A stretch of 64,000 nt of DNA from assembly GCA_951406725.2 (NCBI GenBank), contig OX597832.1:31558001-31622000 (forward strand). The letters run 5' to 3'. Below are positions 41,865 to 54,863 of the stretch, in pieces. Numbering within the stretch: the first letter of the stretch is position 1; each line of letters begins with the position of its first letter. Position numbers and translations under genes: made by a program. The notes under the pieces were generated by a model. It had not been told where the DNA came from. It saw nothing but the letters and a program-made list of their open reading frames with translations, and made no database searches. This DNA is from Octopus vulgaris (lineage: Eukaryota).

Positions 41865-42360
41865 GTGGGGTGGTGCTCATGAAGATGGTGCTGGTGGTAG
41901 TGGTGGTGATGGTGATTGTGGTGGTGGTGGAGGTAGTGGTGAAGGTGGTGGTGGTGGGGTGGTGCTCATGAAGATGGTGGTGCTGGTGGTAGTGGTGGTG
42001 ATGGTGATGGTGGTGGTGGTGGAGGTAGTGGTGAAGGTGGTGGTGGTGGGGTGGTGCTCATGAAGATGGTGGTGCTGGTGGTAGTGGTGGTGATGGTGGT
42101 GGTGGTGGTGGTGGTAGTGGTGAAGGTGGTGGTGGTGGGGTGGTGCTCATGAAGATGGTGGTGCTGGTGGTAGTGGTGGTGATGGTGATGGTGGTGGTGG
42201 TGGAGTTGGTGGTGAAGGTGGTGGTGGTGGGGTGGTGCTCATGAAGATGGTGGTGCTGGTGGTAGTGGTGGTGAAGGTGGTGGTGGTGGTGGTGGTGATG
42301 GTGATGGTGGTGGTGGTGGTGGGGTGGTGCTCATGAAGATGGTGGTGGTGGTGGAGGTGG
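41865..42360. repeat. ~90-bp higher-order minisatellite (about 6 units) within a (GGT)n-rich tract
   Basis: Anchor GCTCATGAAG recurs at 41875, 41964, 42056, 42145, 42237 and 42329 (spacings 89, 92, 89, 92, 92). Confidence 0.9.
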
Positions 42361-42934
42361 TGATGGTGGTGGTTCTCATGGAGGTGGTGATGAAGGTGCT
42401 GGTGATGGTGGTAGTAATGATGCTGTCGATTGTGGAGGTGGTGATGAAGGTGTTTGTGGTGGTAGTACTGGTACCAGTTCATACAGTGGTGGCTTTGCTT
42501 GTGGAGATTGTTGTAGTGGCAATTACAGTAGCGGCGGTGGCGAGATGGTGATTGTGGCAGCGTTTGTGGTGGTAATGGTAGTATTAATAGTATTGGCAGT
42601 GGTTGTAGAGTTGGTTGAGGCAGCGATGGTGGTAGCTGTGATATTCGTGTCAGTGGTGTTGGTGGTAGTGATTGTGGAGATGGCTGTGGTGGTGGTGTGA
42701 TGTTTGTCATAATTATAGGTGGTGTTGGTGGTGTTGGTTGTGGTAGAAGGAAATGTGGCTGTGCAAGAGGTAGTATTGCAAATGGTGGTGTCTGTGACTG
42801 TGATGTTTATTGTAGGAATTACGGTGATGACAGTGTAGGCGGCGTTAGATGTGCCGAATACGGCATTAACCGAATACATAGACCTATACTCTACGTTATG
42901 TATTGAGTACTTTTCCACTTGTTCAATTCTTTTT

Positions 42935-43343
42935 TACCTTTTGCTCGTTTCAGTCGATGGATTGCGGCCATGCTGGGGCACCACCGAGAAGAGTTCAAGC
43001 GAACAGATCGATTCTAGTACTTATTTTAATTCTGCTACATAATTCTATCGGTGTCGTTAACCGAATCGCTAAGTTTCAGAGACGTTAACAAAGCAACAAC
43101 GGTTGTCAATCGTTTGTGACACGCACACACACACACACACGCACATACAAGCGCACGCACGCACACATTTATATATGAGGAGCTTCAGCACAGGTTTCAT
43201 CTGTCATATTCACTCACAAGACTATGGTCGGCCCGAAAGTTATGGTAGAAGATAATTGCCCAAGGTGCCACATAGTGGGACCGAACCCGAAGCGAATTAG
43301 TTACAAAGCGAGCTACTTAATCATACAACCATCTTTGCACCTA
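42935..43343 (-). mobile_element. Decayed full-length SINE family B
   Basis: GTTTCAGTC..TGCGGCCATGCTGGGGCACCACC..TTCTATCGG..CGCTAAGTT, (CA)n, CACTCACAAG..TTGCCCAAGGTGCCAC..AGTGGGACCGAACCC. Confidence 0.8.
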
Positions 43344-43430
43344 CCATTCTAAACAGTATCTATCTACCTGTCTGTCTGTCTGTCTTTCCGTCTGTCCGTC
43401 CGTCTGCCTGTCTGCTTGTCTGACTGCCTG

Positions 43431-43512
<82 letters not shown>

Positions 43513-43525
43513 CATCTATCTATCA

Positions 43526-43622
<97 letters not shown>

Positions 43623-43642
43623 ACAATGTATGTATGTATGTA

Positions 43643-43679
<37 letters not shown>

Positions 43680-44335
43680 ATCTCTCTCTATCTCTATCTA
43701 TTTATCCATCTATCTCTCTATCTATTTATCCATCTGTACAATCACATATATATAAGGATGTCTGGATTCGGAAAGTTTTTGAAATCCAAGACGGAAGAAA
43801 TAAGTATTCTTCTACGTCGTAGAATTCTTCTGATAATCCGGAATAAGGAATAAGTGACTGTCAGAAATATAGACGGAAATCCGGATGACAAACTTAGAAG
43901 AGAACTACGCTATTTGCGTTGGATTTGTCTGTCAAGATCTTTCATGCTTTAATCTTAATTCACTTCAGTTAATCCCGATTTTTGAAATCTATTCAGATGT
44001 GTAGGAATCTTTCTCTTCCTCTAATTCTGTGTATTTGTGTCTGTGTGTATGCACATATATGTGTGTGTGTGCGTGTGTGTATGTGTGTGTATATGTGCGC
44101 GTGTAAGTATATATGTGTGTGTGTATGCATGTATGTATGTATATTGTTCAGGAGTGTTTATCTATCGTATGCTAAGCAAGTTTGTGGGTGTATTTTGCCA
44201 CCATGGGTGATATCTGAAAATAAGGAATACAAGCAATAATTGTAACTCAACTTTTATCAAATTTCTTAATGTTCATACAAAATGATGAAAGAAATTCTAT
44301 TTTTTAAAAGAAAAATATCATTTCTGTAAGATATG

Positions 44336-44933
44336 CAGGGTGCGGACTGTATCTGAGGACAGATTTATGGCTTTAAAAAAAACGCTTACAGAAAAAAAAA
44401 TTGTATTTTGATAAAAATAACATAAACATAAAGCTAAATTATCAATTTAATAATTGCATTCAATAAAACCACCCTAAGCATCAATAACTGCCTCTACCCG
44501 GGGTCGAAATCGTTTACAAGCTCAGATTAAGTGGTCATATCGGACATAACTCAAACTATGTCGGCTTTCAGAGAATCATTGGTGATATGGGGGATGGGGG
44601 GTGTTCATTGACATTTTTCTCAACGATGCTCCAGACGTAGTAGTCCTGTGGATTGAGATCTGGAGAATTAGGGGGTCAAATGTTGAGGGTGTGGGTGATC
44701 ATGCAAATTGTCGGTCATCCGTTCTTGTGTCATTTGAGCCTTATGGTGCGATGGTGCATAATCTTGTTGAAAGACATAAGGCTTTCCATTGCAAAGACTG
44801 TCCAACGTTTAACAACTTCATCCAAAACCTCAATATATGCAGTAGCATTCACCGTAAGGCCTTGAGGAGGCATCACATGTCCTTCATTGCTAACAACACC
44901 CAAAACCATGACACTGGCAGGAAATTTTCTGTA
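44336..44933 (-). mobile_element. Tc1/mariner DD37D (maT-like) transposase remnant, C-terminal half plus putative TIR
   Basis: Minus translation [84 protein letters not shown], with stops and frameshifts; about 37-38 residues between the 2nd and 3rd D. CAGGGTG at 44336 is a plausible TIR end. Confidence 0.88.
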
Positions 44934-44991
44934 TTATACTCTTGATATCTCCATATATATAAATACACTGTATATATATATATATACACAC

Positions 44992-45039
<48 letters not shown>

Positions 45040-45118
45040 GTAAATATATATATTTATATATATATATATAAATATATACACATACATACATACATACATA
45101 CATACATACATACATACA

Positions 45119-45182
<64 letters not shown>

Positions 45183-45628
45183 GTTTTTTCCCACATGAAT
45201 GAAAGTTTGACTGGTGTGAAAGAGAAGAAAAATATTGTATTTGACGTTATTTGAGAGAATGTTAAATTAAAATGAATATTATATAAATGGCATTCACAAA
45301 ATGGACGCAATGAAAAGTTTGAAGATACATAACTTTACTTAAATATTTCCACTAAACCTGTCACGCATTCACCATTCCACCTACCTCTTCAAATATTTGC
45401 ACGTCACATTCACTACACCAAATCGATGCTAATACCAGCCATATTTATATATTTTAATTTAATTTTCAATATAATGGCTAAAATTCTAAATACCAAAATC
45501 ACATCATAAAAATTCTTATCGGTTAGGTTTCGTATTTAAATATAATTCTTCATTTAATATTTTTTTAAACATACCATCATAAATTTTCTTTAATATCCTG
45601 ATAAAAAAAAAACATCATTTAAGTCTCA

Positions 45629-45880
45629 TATTATTAGCCACGATACAAATATAGAATATATTATAAACCACCATAGAAAGAGAGTATATATTATTGAGCC
45701 GCCATAGAGACCGTGTGCATATCAATAGCCACTATAGAAATATAGAATATATTATAAGCTACCATACAAATATAGTATAAACATCATTATCCCCCATAGA
45801 AATACAGTTTACCTCAAAAGCTATTATATAGCTTTTATATATATAGCGTATATCATTAGACACGACAGAGGCGTAGTATT
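45629..45880. repeat. Degenerate ~30-31-bp minisatellite, about 7-8 copies
   Basis: Units such as TATTATTAGCCACGATACAAATATAGAATA, TATTATAAACCACCATAGAAAGAGAGTATA and TATCAATAGCCACTATAGAAATATAGAATA. Confidence 0.75.
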
Positions 45881-46269
45881 CAGTTTTAGCCTGTTTGGTT
45901 GTAGGACATGTGACTAGCAAGCTGCCTGGTGTAATCTTTACAGAATTGGAAATCTTTATAGAATTGATTAGGTTCTGGATGATCCGAAAATGGCAAATGA
46001 AGAATGATCCAGAAACATTTGAAACGCATAGATTTATGCACGTGGTGTGTGTCAAATGTATTTCTCGGAATATGAGCAGAGTGAAATGTGGTTTCTCAGT
46101 AAATGAATTAACGTCGAGAGTCTTGTAGCGCGAATTGTGTAGTTTTTATCTTTCGTTCATTTGAAATAGTCGAATGCATAGAAATAAATATCACATGATG
46201 GATGGTGTAATAGAAATAAGGAAACCTAGAACAGATACGGTGAGAGATAATACATTATATATTTACTGC

Positions 46270-46326
46270 AGTACTGTGGGAGCGTGCTGGGCCCATAACC
46301 CGGAAGTTCGTAGATCGAAACTACGC
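46270..46326 (+). pseudogene. Initiator tRNA-Met (CAT) pseudogene fragment lacking the acceptor stem
   Basis: AGCGTG-CTGGG-CCCATAA-CCCGG anticodon arm (CAT at 46294-96, three G-C pairs) and CGTAG-ATCGAAA-CTACG T arm with the eukaryotic initiator-type AUCG loop. No acceptor-stem pairing is visible. Confidence 0.8.
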
Positions 46327-46369
46327 CGACGAAGAAATCAATACTTCTTTCGATATTTGCAGATCGTAA

Positions 46370-46599
46370 GGCGGCGGGCTGGCAGAATCGTTAACACGCT
46401 GGGCGAAATGCGTAGCTGTATTTCGTCTGCCGTTACGTTCTGAGTTCAAATTCCGCCGAGGTCGACTTTGCCTTTCATCCTTTCGGGGTCGATAAATTAA
46501 GTACCAGTTACGCACTGGGTTCGATGTAATCGACTTAATCCCTTTGTCTGCCCTTGTTTGTCCCTCTATGTTTGGCCCCTTGTGAGTAATAAAGAAATA
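46370..46599 (+). mobile_element. Full-length SINE family A
   Basis: Aligns end-to-end with 4124-4346. Confidence 0.92.
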
Positions 46600-46744
46600 T
46601 ATATATGAATATCATAGATTGGTGATGAGTTATCTTAGTAAAGAAGGCAAAAGGAACACTAAATGGCAGAGTTTGGTGTATGTAACAGACGCTGCAAAAC
46701 TCTGAGTATCGCTATTGTTCGCACAACAGATCTTGTTTTAAAAA

Positions 46745-46953
46745 TAGTGGTTAGGGCAGCGGACTTGCGGTCGGAGGATCGCGGTTTCGATTCCCAGACC
46801 GGGCGTTGTGTGTGTTTATTGAGCGAAAACACATAAAAGTTCCACGAGGCTCCGACAGGAGGTGGTGATCCCTGCTGTACTCTTTCACCACTCTAAAAGG
46901 CGGTGCTCCAGCATGGCCGCAGTCAAATGACTGAAAGAAGTACAAAAAAAAAA
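46745..46953 (+). mobile_element. tRNA-derived SINE with a distinct head joined to the last ~55 bp of the family B tail
   Basis: TAGTGGTTAGGGCAGCGGACTTGCGGTCGGAGGATCGCGGTTTCGATTCCC (A/B boxes)..then AAAGGCGGTGCTCCAGCATGGCCGCAGTCAAATGACTGAAA and an A-rich end. Confidence 0.8.
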
Positions 46954-47402
46954 CAAAAACGTAAAACTGAATTTGTCAGAATTCAAGAACCACCAGGATA
47001 CACACACACACAGACACACACATACACACACGCACACACACACACACACGCACACACACACACACACAAATACACTCACGCAGGCAGACAGACACACTCA
47101 CAACCACCCACACACACAATCATCCTCTCAATCACAATGTTATCAATTCGTGTACACAGTCTTAACATAATTACACAAACACTTGTAGAAAACATTACCT
47201 AATTAGATATAGAACAAAGATATGTATGTGTGTGTGTGTGTATATACATATGTATGTGTACATCTATGTGTATACGTATATGTATATATATATGTATGTG
47301 TCTATGTGTTTATATATATATATACATATACACATATACACATACATACACACATATTTATACATATATGCATATATACATGTGTGTAAATATATATTCT
47401 AT

Positions 47403-47437
<35 letters not shown>

Positions 47438-47677
47438 CCTCGGGAGACCGATATAATTAATTATATTGCCGATGTTATGTAGATTCTCTTAACGAAACGT
47501 CTGAAGGAAGAAAAAGATTTTAGCCAAAATCACTCAGTAATTAAATTGGGAAAACTAGAATTAACAAGAGACTGCATATCTGTGGCTAAGCAAACGGATG
47601 TATATATAGCACATATAAACTACATACATACATACATAAATACATACATACATACATACATACATACATACATACAC

Positions 47678-47711
<34 letters not shown>

Positions 47712-48103
47712 ACTTAAACAGGCTAAATAGAATTCGATATATGAATATATATTTCTGTATTTTAATGGGTTGACGTTTCGAAGTGACTCATGTCCGGAAA
47801 TTCTGTGCCTGGTTCTTGTGGAACTTTGGCAAATTTATCAAGAGTTCTACTTGAAACTTTCAGCCCTTGCACCAATTAGTAACTTTTGCCTGTTGAGATA
47901 TTAGCGAAATATCCTGAACTGGATTTGGAGTGAATTGTATGGCTTGTCTATGACCTTCAAGTTTTTTAACACCCGACTCTTTGATGGAATCACCTCCACC
48001 GCGCCACGTTGCAGCCTACCGGTGAACAAACATTGCGCATGCGTCGAATATGTGTGTTCGTTAATATTTACGACACTTGCTCTGCTTCTAGTTCATATTT
48101 GAA

Positions 48104-48207
<104 letters not shown>

Positions 48208-48218
48208 TATGTGTGCAT

Positions 48219-48269
<51 letters not shown>

Positions 48270-48456
48270 AACATATATATATATATAAACGTATATATAT
48301 ATATCATATATGTATGTATATATGTGTGTACGTACACACGCACACATTTATATGCATAGATAGATAAATAAATAAATAAACTGAGAGACAGACAGATAAA
48401 TAGATAGATAGTTAGGTAGATAGATGGATAGGTAGGTAGGTAGGTAGGTAGGTAGG

Positions 48457-48557
<101 letters not shown>

Positions 48558-48988
48558 GGATAGATAGATAACAGGAGTCAGATGAAAGTCCAAGAGAAAA
48601 GGAAGACGGGGAAAAAAATTGCCAGCAATCCACTGACTTTGGAGTGCTCAATTCGCGGAATTCATTCTACGATCGGCTTACATTACCTTGTTCATTCGGA
48701 ATACGCCATTTCTGCATCTTGATTGTGAATCATTATATATGTATATGTGTGTGTGTGTGTGTGTGTGTGATTATATGTGTGTGTATGTATATGCCTACAA
48801 ACAGGTGGGTTTTGACGTATAGCCACGTAAAGCTGAGTGACTCTAAAGATTCTTAAAAGATGTGTACACATTCTTATGGATCTTCACTCCAAGGATTACT
48901 CCAGGAACAATATACCTAAAGCAGCAAATGAAATATATATATAGCGCATACTGGATGGAGTACATTTTTGTTGAGTTTTACCTCTATT

Positions 48989-49061
<73 letters not shown>

Positions 49062-49064
49062 AAT

Positions 49065-49144
<80 letters not shown>

Positions 49145-49146
<2 letters not shown>

Positions 49147-49305
49147 CACAGGAGTAGCTGCGTGGAAGGAGCTTGCTAGCGAACCACATGGTTCCGGGTT
49201 CAGTCCCACTGCGTGGCACCTTGGGCAAGTGTCTTCTACTATAGCCTCGGGCCGGCTAAAGCATTGTGAGTAGATTTAGTAGATGGAAACTGAAAGAATC
49301 CCGTC

Positions 49306-49353
<48 letters not shown>

Positions 49354-49557
49354 GTGTGTGTGTGTATGTGTGTTGTGTTTGACAACCGATGCTGGTGTGT
49401 TTATGTCCCCGTAACTTAACGGTTCGGCAAAAGAGACCGATAGAATAAGTACTAGGCTTACAAAGAATATGTCCTGGGGTGATTTCCTCGACTAAAGGCG
49501 GTGCTCCAGCATGGCCACAGTCAAATGACTGAAACAAGTAAATGAGATAATGAGAAA

Positions 49558-49558
<1 letters not shown>
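49145..49558 (+). mobile_element. Full-length SINE family B within (AT)n
   Basis: Head, internal (TA)n/(TG)n and tail as at 25058 and 27842. Confidence 0.92.
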
Positions 49559-49599
<41 letters not shown>

Positions 49600-49658
49600 A
49601 CATATATATATATATATATGTATATATATGTATATATATATATATTTATAGTTATATA

Positions 49659-49706
<48 letters not shown>

Positions 49707-50120
49707 AATTGAGATAGGGGTTGTAAATGTAACCCTCCATGGGATAACATATATCCAATATACTGCTAGTGAAGAACCCAACAAAGTTAATACATAAATG
49801 TTAAGGATTGCGATGCAATCAATTCATTTACTGTATTATATGGGCAAAGGTAAAATGATTTACCAGTAATTACTAATACAAGATAAGAAAATGGAGAAAT
49901 ACATCTAAATCAAATATCAATTATCAGATAATACTCAATCACATACTTTATTAAAACACCACATAAGAGACTGTAGGGTTAAACATAAAAAAGCAGAATA
50001 AATCAGTGTACATAAATGTACATAAAAAAGTGTATATAAAAGTGTAATGTTGTATAATAAGTAGAATATATATAAAAAAGAGAATATAAATATAAGTAAA
50101 TATAAATATAAGTATAGATT

Positions 50121-50251
50121 ACATCTTACAGCTGTTTCGGCCATGTAGATAAGTATGTCTCATTTTACCAATATTAGCCTATTATGGTAGGTCAATATAT
50201 AGATATAAATGAGACATTTACAAAAATATCATAAGGCCTCATCGGAGATAT
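50121..50251 (-). ncRNA. Minimal type-I hammerhead ribozyme candidate (CCGAUGA core, 92-nt helix II insertion)
   Basis: Minus strand: ATATCT-CCGATGA-GGCC-[92 nt including 11-bp IR ATGTCTCATTT/AAATGAGACAT]-GGCC-GAAA-CAGCTG-TA-AGATGT. Helix I is 6 bp, helix II base 4 bp, helix III palindromic. AATAAA lies downstream on the same strand (~49947-49952). Confidence 0.7.
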
Positions 50252-51299
50252 ACATATACATATGAGTGCATATACTCACACTCCTATACATATAAAAATA
50301 TACATATACATAATAATGCAAATAAATAATATAAATTAGTAAACATATATATGTTCCACATTCAACGTTTCAGTTCTTCAACTTAATATTGTGATAATAA
50401 ACATACACATATTAGTACCTAGATGCAAATATACATAGTCAATAGTACATTATATTACTTCCTACTAATTTCCAAAGTGTCATTAAAGTTAGCATCATTA
50501 TCGTTGTCAATACCATTAATGCTACCATTATTATCATACATAATATTATTAATAACGCTTACATTAGGATCCGAAGTGGCACATATGTATGTCTGGGTTC
50601 CAGTTAGTAATTTTCCTTATGACATAAATACACTATTGGATTTGAATTTAAATTATCATTGTCTACCTCATGGTTGGTCCGTTGAGAGCTGCCCCCACAC
50701 CGCACAAGAAAAACATACACATCCATATTCAACCCTAAACCCACACACACACACATGCACGAGAGAGATATTACACACACAAACATACACGCACACTTAC
50801 ACATATAAACCTAATGTCACTGGTTTCAACTCTATTACTGCGGCCCTGCTGTGTTATTGCCTTTGAGGTGTAATTTCTCTTCCTATCAAGGGCAATACAT
50901 TTTCCAAATTCTTATTTTATCGATCTCGTGAGGAAAAGAAATGTACATGAACTATGATGATAATGGAAATAATACACGTGGAGATATCTAAAAACGATAA
51001 TGTAATTCTTGTTCGATGTATCAGCATTAAGTATTCTTTTTTATTAATGCATATTTATAAGTAGTTTACTTATAAAATATAATAAAACAAATTATCTTTG
51101 CGTGTTTTAAGTCGCGAAACAATTGTTGTGATATAAAAATAAATATTACCACACTATATTCTCGTTATTTACAACTTTGTATATATGTATATATATATGC
51201 ATACACATATATATGCATGTACATATATATATAGATATAAATACGCATGTACACACACACATCCACTAATATGTATGTATATACATGTGTGAGCGCGTG

Positions 51300-51475
51300 T
51301 GTCTTTATGTCAATTTTTTCTCTCCCCGCCCCACCGCCTGCTGACAGCCGGCGCTGGTTTATCTTTTTGTGCTTAAGTTAGCGGTTCGGCAAACGTACTA
51401 GTCTTAAATAAGTCTTCAACACTGTGTTGCGGCATGGTCGCAGCCCAATGACTGACATAAGTAAAAGAGAAATGA
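51300..51475 (+). mobile_element. Decayed SINE family B tail
   Basis: TGACAGCCGGCGCTGG..TTAGCGGTTCGGCAAA..GCATGGTCGCAGCCCAATGACTGA..AAGTAAAAGAG. Confidence 0.7.
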
Positions 51476-52569
51476 GGCACACACACACACACACACACAC
51501 ACACATGCAAGCAAACACAATCCCATGAAGATAGATAACTATGGAACAAGGAACGAAGAAGGAAACGATAGAGATATTCAGGCAACTTCTCACGGTTTTG
51601 AATTTAAATCAGTGAGTATCGCTGATTTCACTGAACCATTCCGATGCCATCGGATCCCGTGTGAAAGAATTACTGGCTAAAGCATTACCAGAACTAAATT
51701 CCCACAGATTTGTAGACGTTAAATAACTTATAAACCAAGTATCTTTAATTTCTCAAATTATTAATTATCGCTGACAAGTAACTTACTTCAGTTCCTGTAA
51801 TACGGAGACATCGAGGTCCAACCAAAAGCCGGCCTAGAATCGAACCTGAAGAATGTAAGCAAACTGCTGTCGCTCCCCGCCAACCACCACCACCACCACC
51901 ACCACCCACTCCTTCATATGCCGGTTTATAAAACCAATCCGTCAGGGGATGACTTTGGAATAATATAAAAGTTAAAAACGATTTGCAGTCGCAGTCTGAG
52001 GCGAATTCTTCCAAATTTTCGAAAATGTCTTTAGACAACAGACAGTTTTTAAAGAGAATTGGAAAAAGGCCAACCATTCTCTTATTAAAAGTTATCGGTA
52101 ATATCACAAGAGACAACATGAAAATATGTGATAACACGTATCGAGCTATCAAAACTTCTCTGTATATAAATACTGTCAGTCTAAAAACAGTTCGTTGGAG
52201 TATTCATTATCACGCATTACACGTGATAATGAAATAACGCCCCCTGGTGAATAACTACAAAAACTAGAATATAATATGAATGACCTGTGATATATAGAGT
52301 CGGATATTTAGATACTAGCATATGGTGTATGGTGAATAGTAAGTTCAACGTACAGCGTCTAGATTTTATGGAAATCTTTTGACTAAAATATACAAAGAGT
52401 TCACAGAGGACACTCTGGCAGGAGTCTTAATGACCATTATGTATGGGCAAAGGTTATATGTCTTTGAGTAAGGAACAAATTTCATTCACAAAGCTTGAGG
52501 CAACCCAAAAATGTCAACATCAACGAACTATCGTTAGCAATGATTTTTACATCTAACGCACAAGTTATC

Positions 52570-52903
52570 TGGGGACCTGGCCCTCCGTCGGTTACGACGG
52601 CGAGGGTTCCAGTTGATCTGATCAACGGAACAACCTGCTCGCGAAATTAACGTACAAGTGGCTGAGTACTCCACAGAAACGCGTGTCATTAATGTAGTTC
52701 TGAGTGACATTCAGCGTGACACAGAGAATGTGACAAGGCTGGCCCCATTGAATTACAGGTACAGCTAATTTTTGCAAGTGGAGTAGTTTGAAGCAACGTC
52801 AAATAAAATGTCTTGCTCAAGGACACAGTTCGCCGTCGGGAATCGAACTCACCACCTAACGATCGTGAACCAAATACCCAAACTCCTACATCACGTACTT
52901 TCA
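52570..52903 (-). mobile_element. Near full-length SINE family C
   Basis: Head region GCAACGTCAAATAAAATGTCTTGCTCAAGGACAC..GGGAATCGAACTC is shared with 6603, 12661 and 30886; the body is inferred to extend to ~52570. Confidence 0.7.
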
Positions 52904-54329
52904 CAAGATGTCTACCGGAGGATGAAATACGTTAAAAGCTCTCTGAAAATATTTCTTCTCAGCAAGGCTTAAATCATTTCGGAAAACCCCCACAAATGCT
53001 GAGCCATAATATGTCCCTGACGGAATATTATAAAAATGCCGACCGTTTTGGTTGAACAGAAGTAGAAAGAAGGAACACTGCTTGAAGTAGAACCGTGGCT
53101 GAGTAGAACCGTTGTCGTACAAATGAGGCTGGCCGTACAAAATATTAGCTAAACACTTTGAGAATAAAATATTGTAGCAATAACTATGATAATGGCTGGT
53201 AATAATGAGAAAGAAAAGGAAGGATACTGAACGAAAACTAAACTTCATTGCAGTGTACAGCCATCGGAGAAGTAAAAACTATCATGGCCGTACGCAAACA
53301 ATGAGAATAAAATGCTGTAAGAACAGCGCTAAATATGGAAGAACACAATCTTGAAAGAATAGAAGAGCAACACTAAACAATATGGCTGAGGAGAAAGCTC
53401 ATGGTTGTATAACATTCATTGTAGATAAATACGGTCAGAAAGGAAGAAAAAAACTGTGCCGACATCAAACATTACGGTTGAATAGAGTCGTGAAGGACAA
53501 CTATGTTAACAACAGCCATGATGATTGTTCCGACATTCGGAGTTAGATGCGATCATAAATGAATGTTGTACAAAATCCAACAGCGAAACATTTACTAAGT
53601 CGATGAGAAAGCAGTAGAATGTCAAAATACGAGAAAGAGGCTAAAAAAAGCCGGATACTGATATAAAATAATAACGGTTTAAACAACGCCATTCACGCGT
53701 ATGTTTAAAAGAACCATGGAAAAAGAGAATTAAGATACGAAACTTGGCTACAAGGTTTGTCTTGGCGCCAAGAATTAAAACACTGACTTGGCAGAAAACT
53801 CTAAACTTATTGCTTGCCTAAATATGATATTTATTATATAAACTTTACGCGAACTGTTGAAATCTTTTCTTTCAAGACCATTGCAAGTACAACAAGATAG
53901 CGATTCAGAAATAAGTAAAGTGAAGGTGTGTCGAACAAATTGAAGTTAATGAATGTATTCTGCCAGAAATAAAACAAAAGACATAGAAACCTTATATGGC
54001 TTAATTACAAATATGCAATTAATGCTAATCCATCCTCGTGGATTTTGTGATGATTTGGCAAATCTGTTAAGCTTTTTCTCATTTAATACTAATGAACGGC
54101 TTCCGATTCTATTTCTGATGAATGTATAAACTCTATCGTGTATATTCAGAAGTTTCTCTTACGTTTAGGAGTAAAAAAAATGAAACACCCTCATTCTAAC
54201 ATACGCACGCACACACACACACAAACACACATGCTCACACGCACATGCACACACGTACACACGAAAGCACACACAATTATTTCTTTGTGTACACTTCAAT
54301 GTCGGTTTATATTATCGTAACAAATTGCC

Positions 54330-54860
54330 CAATATATGAAAGCAGAGACATACTACTGACTGGCAAGAGAATGTTTTGACTGGTTTATAGTGAGAGACAA
54401 TAGTAAAGTGCTAGAAGGTAAAAGATACAAGATGTTGTGGGACTTTAACATTCAGACTGACAGAATAATAGAAGCTGGAAGGCCTGATTCAGTAGAAGTA
54501 GATAAAGAGAATAGCAAGTGACAGATAATTGACTTTACAGTCCCAAATGATGAAAAGGTCAATATGAGAGGTATAGAGAAAATGGCAAAGGGGCCATTGA
54601 ATTACAGAACCTGTGGAAAGTGCGGGTAAAATGTACCACTGTGGTCAAATGTGGATTAGGAACTATCCCTAAAGATTTGAACGGATGGATAGAGGAAACA
54701 GGCATAAGACCAAGTATAGTGCAGCTTCAGAAAACGGTATTATCAAGGACAGCTAGGATGTCTAGGAGGGTTCTTAGCATCTAAGCTTACTTGTAGCCCG
54801 ATGTCAGGAATTTTTTATTTTCCAATAGTTTAATATACTGAACGTTTATTAAATACCAGT
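54330..54860 (+). mobile_element. Decayed 3' end of an R4/Dong-like (RLE) non-LTR retrotransposon
   Basis: KVLEGKRYKMLWDFNIQTDRIIEAGRPD..DKENSK*QIIDFTVPNDEKV..IELQNLWKV..GLGTIPKDL..LQKTVLSRTARMSRRVLSI* (stop ~54782). Confidence 0.88.
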
Positions 54861-54863
54861 ATT

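Noticed and set aside
41371-42918. Proline-, glycine- and threonine-rich ORFs (extensin/mucin-like)
   Set aside because: (GGT)n-derived; the 89/92-bp period breaks the reading frame.
45629-45880. ~30-bp periodic repeats as a CRISPR array
   Set aside because: No unique spacers, diverged units, no cas genes, eukaryotic context.
46270-46326. Functional tRNA-iMet gene
   Set aside because: Acceptor stem absent and D arm mutated; kept only as a pseudogene fragment.
53150-53820. Purine-rich stretch with KLNFIAVYS resembling a LINE APE motif
   Set aside because: One short motif amid many stops; too weak to call.
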